Part shown: positions 63,790-64,000 of the stretch, in pieces
Layout of the letters: every line of letters starts with the position of its first letter
Numbering within the stretch: position 1 is the stretch's first letter
DNA from: Callorhinchus milii
Lineage: Eukaryota
Length of the DNA stretch: 64,000 bases
Assembly: GCF_018977255.1 (NCBI RefSeq)
Contig: NW_024704742.1
Coordinates: forward strand, 131,380,001 to 131,444,000
Direction: 5' to 3'
Made by a program: the position numbers and the translations under genes
The notes under the pieces: generated by a model
Told to the model about the DNA's origin: nothing
What the model saw: only the letters and a program-made list of their open reading frames with translations
The model's database searches: none

Positions 63790-64000
63790 ATGTAACAATA
63801 ATCCTTGCATTTGATATAGTAGTTTATCACGTTGGGAGGATGTCTCAAAACACTTCAAAGGATTTTGCTGTGTATTGTAATGAGCATCTATTTGAAGGTG
63901 AATGCAACAGCCAATGTGCGCAAAGCAATGTCCCACAAAGAAGCTATTAAGTAAATGACCATTTTTTTATCTGGAGGGTAGTTGGCCAGGACATTGGGGA
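63790..64000 (-). mobile_element. SINE family B 3' part, cut by the window edge
   Basis: Tail through GTTGGCCAGGACA. Confidence 0.8.

Noticed and set aside
1..64000. CRISPR-like recurrence of GAGACGTCTC / AATCCTTGCATTTGATATAG words
   Set aside because: Irregular spacing and both orientations; these are dispersed SINE tails in a eukaryotic genome

Overview
Repeat-dense, AT-rich vertebrate non-coding DNA (large intron or gene desert). The repeat complement points to a cartilaginous fish, probably a holocephalan such as the elephant shark; this is inferred from recalled family features, not from a search. I find no protein-coding gene, tRNA gene, rRNA or CRISPR array. The listed ORFs are SINE read-throughs, decayed LINE ORF2 ends or chance frames. 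Contents: (i) dozens of copies of two tRNA-derived SINEs, family A (tRNA-Ala-like head) and family B (Deu-domain type), which share a 3' module and an L2-type tail; (ii) L2 and CR1 3' fragments; (iii) Penelope-like terminal repeats, one with a degenerate hammerhead core; (iv) a Tc1/mariner MITE, a TTAATTAAG-ended palindromic element and an unclassified old repeat with at least 7 fragments; (v) repeat-free islands that look like regulatory conserved non-coding elements. The best-supported unusual observations are local templated copy events into SINEs (a 175-bp inverted copy at 171/175 identity and a ~100-bp direct copy), nested insertions that order the repeat families in time, and closely spaced inverted SINE pairs. 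I see no convincing evidence of a new multi-gene biological system. Repeat boundaries are approximate unless stated.
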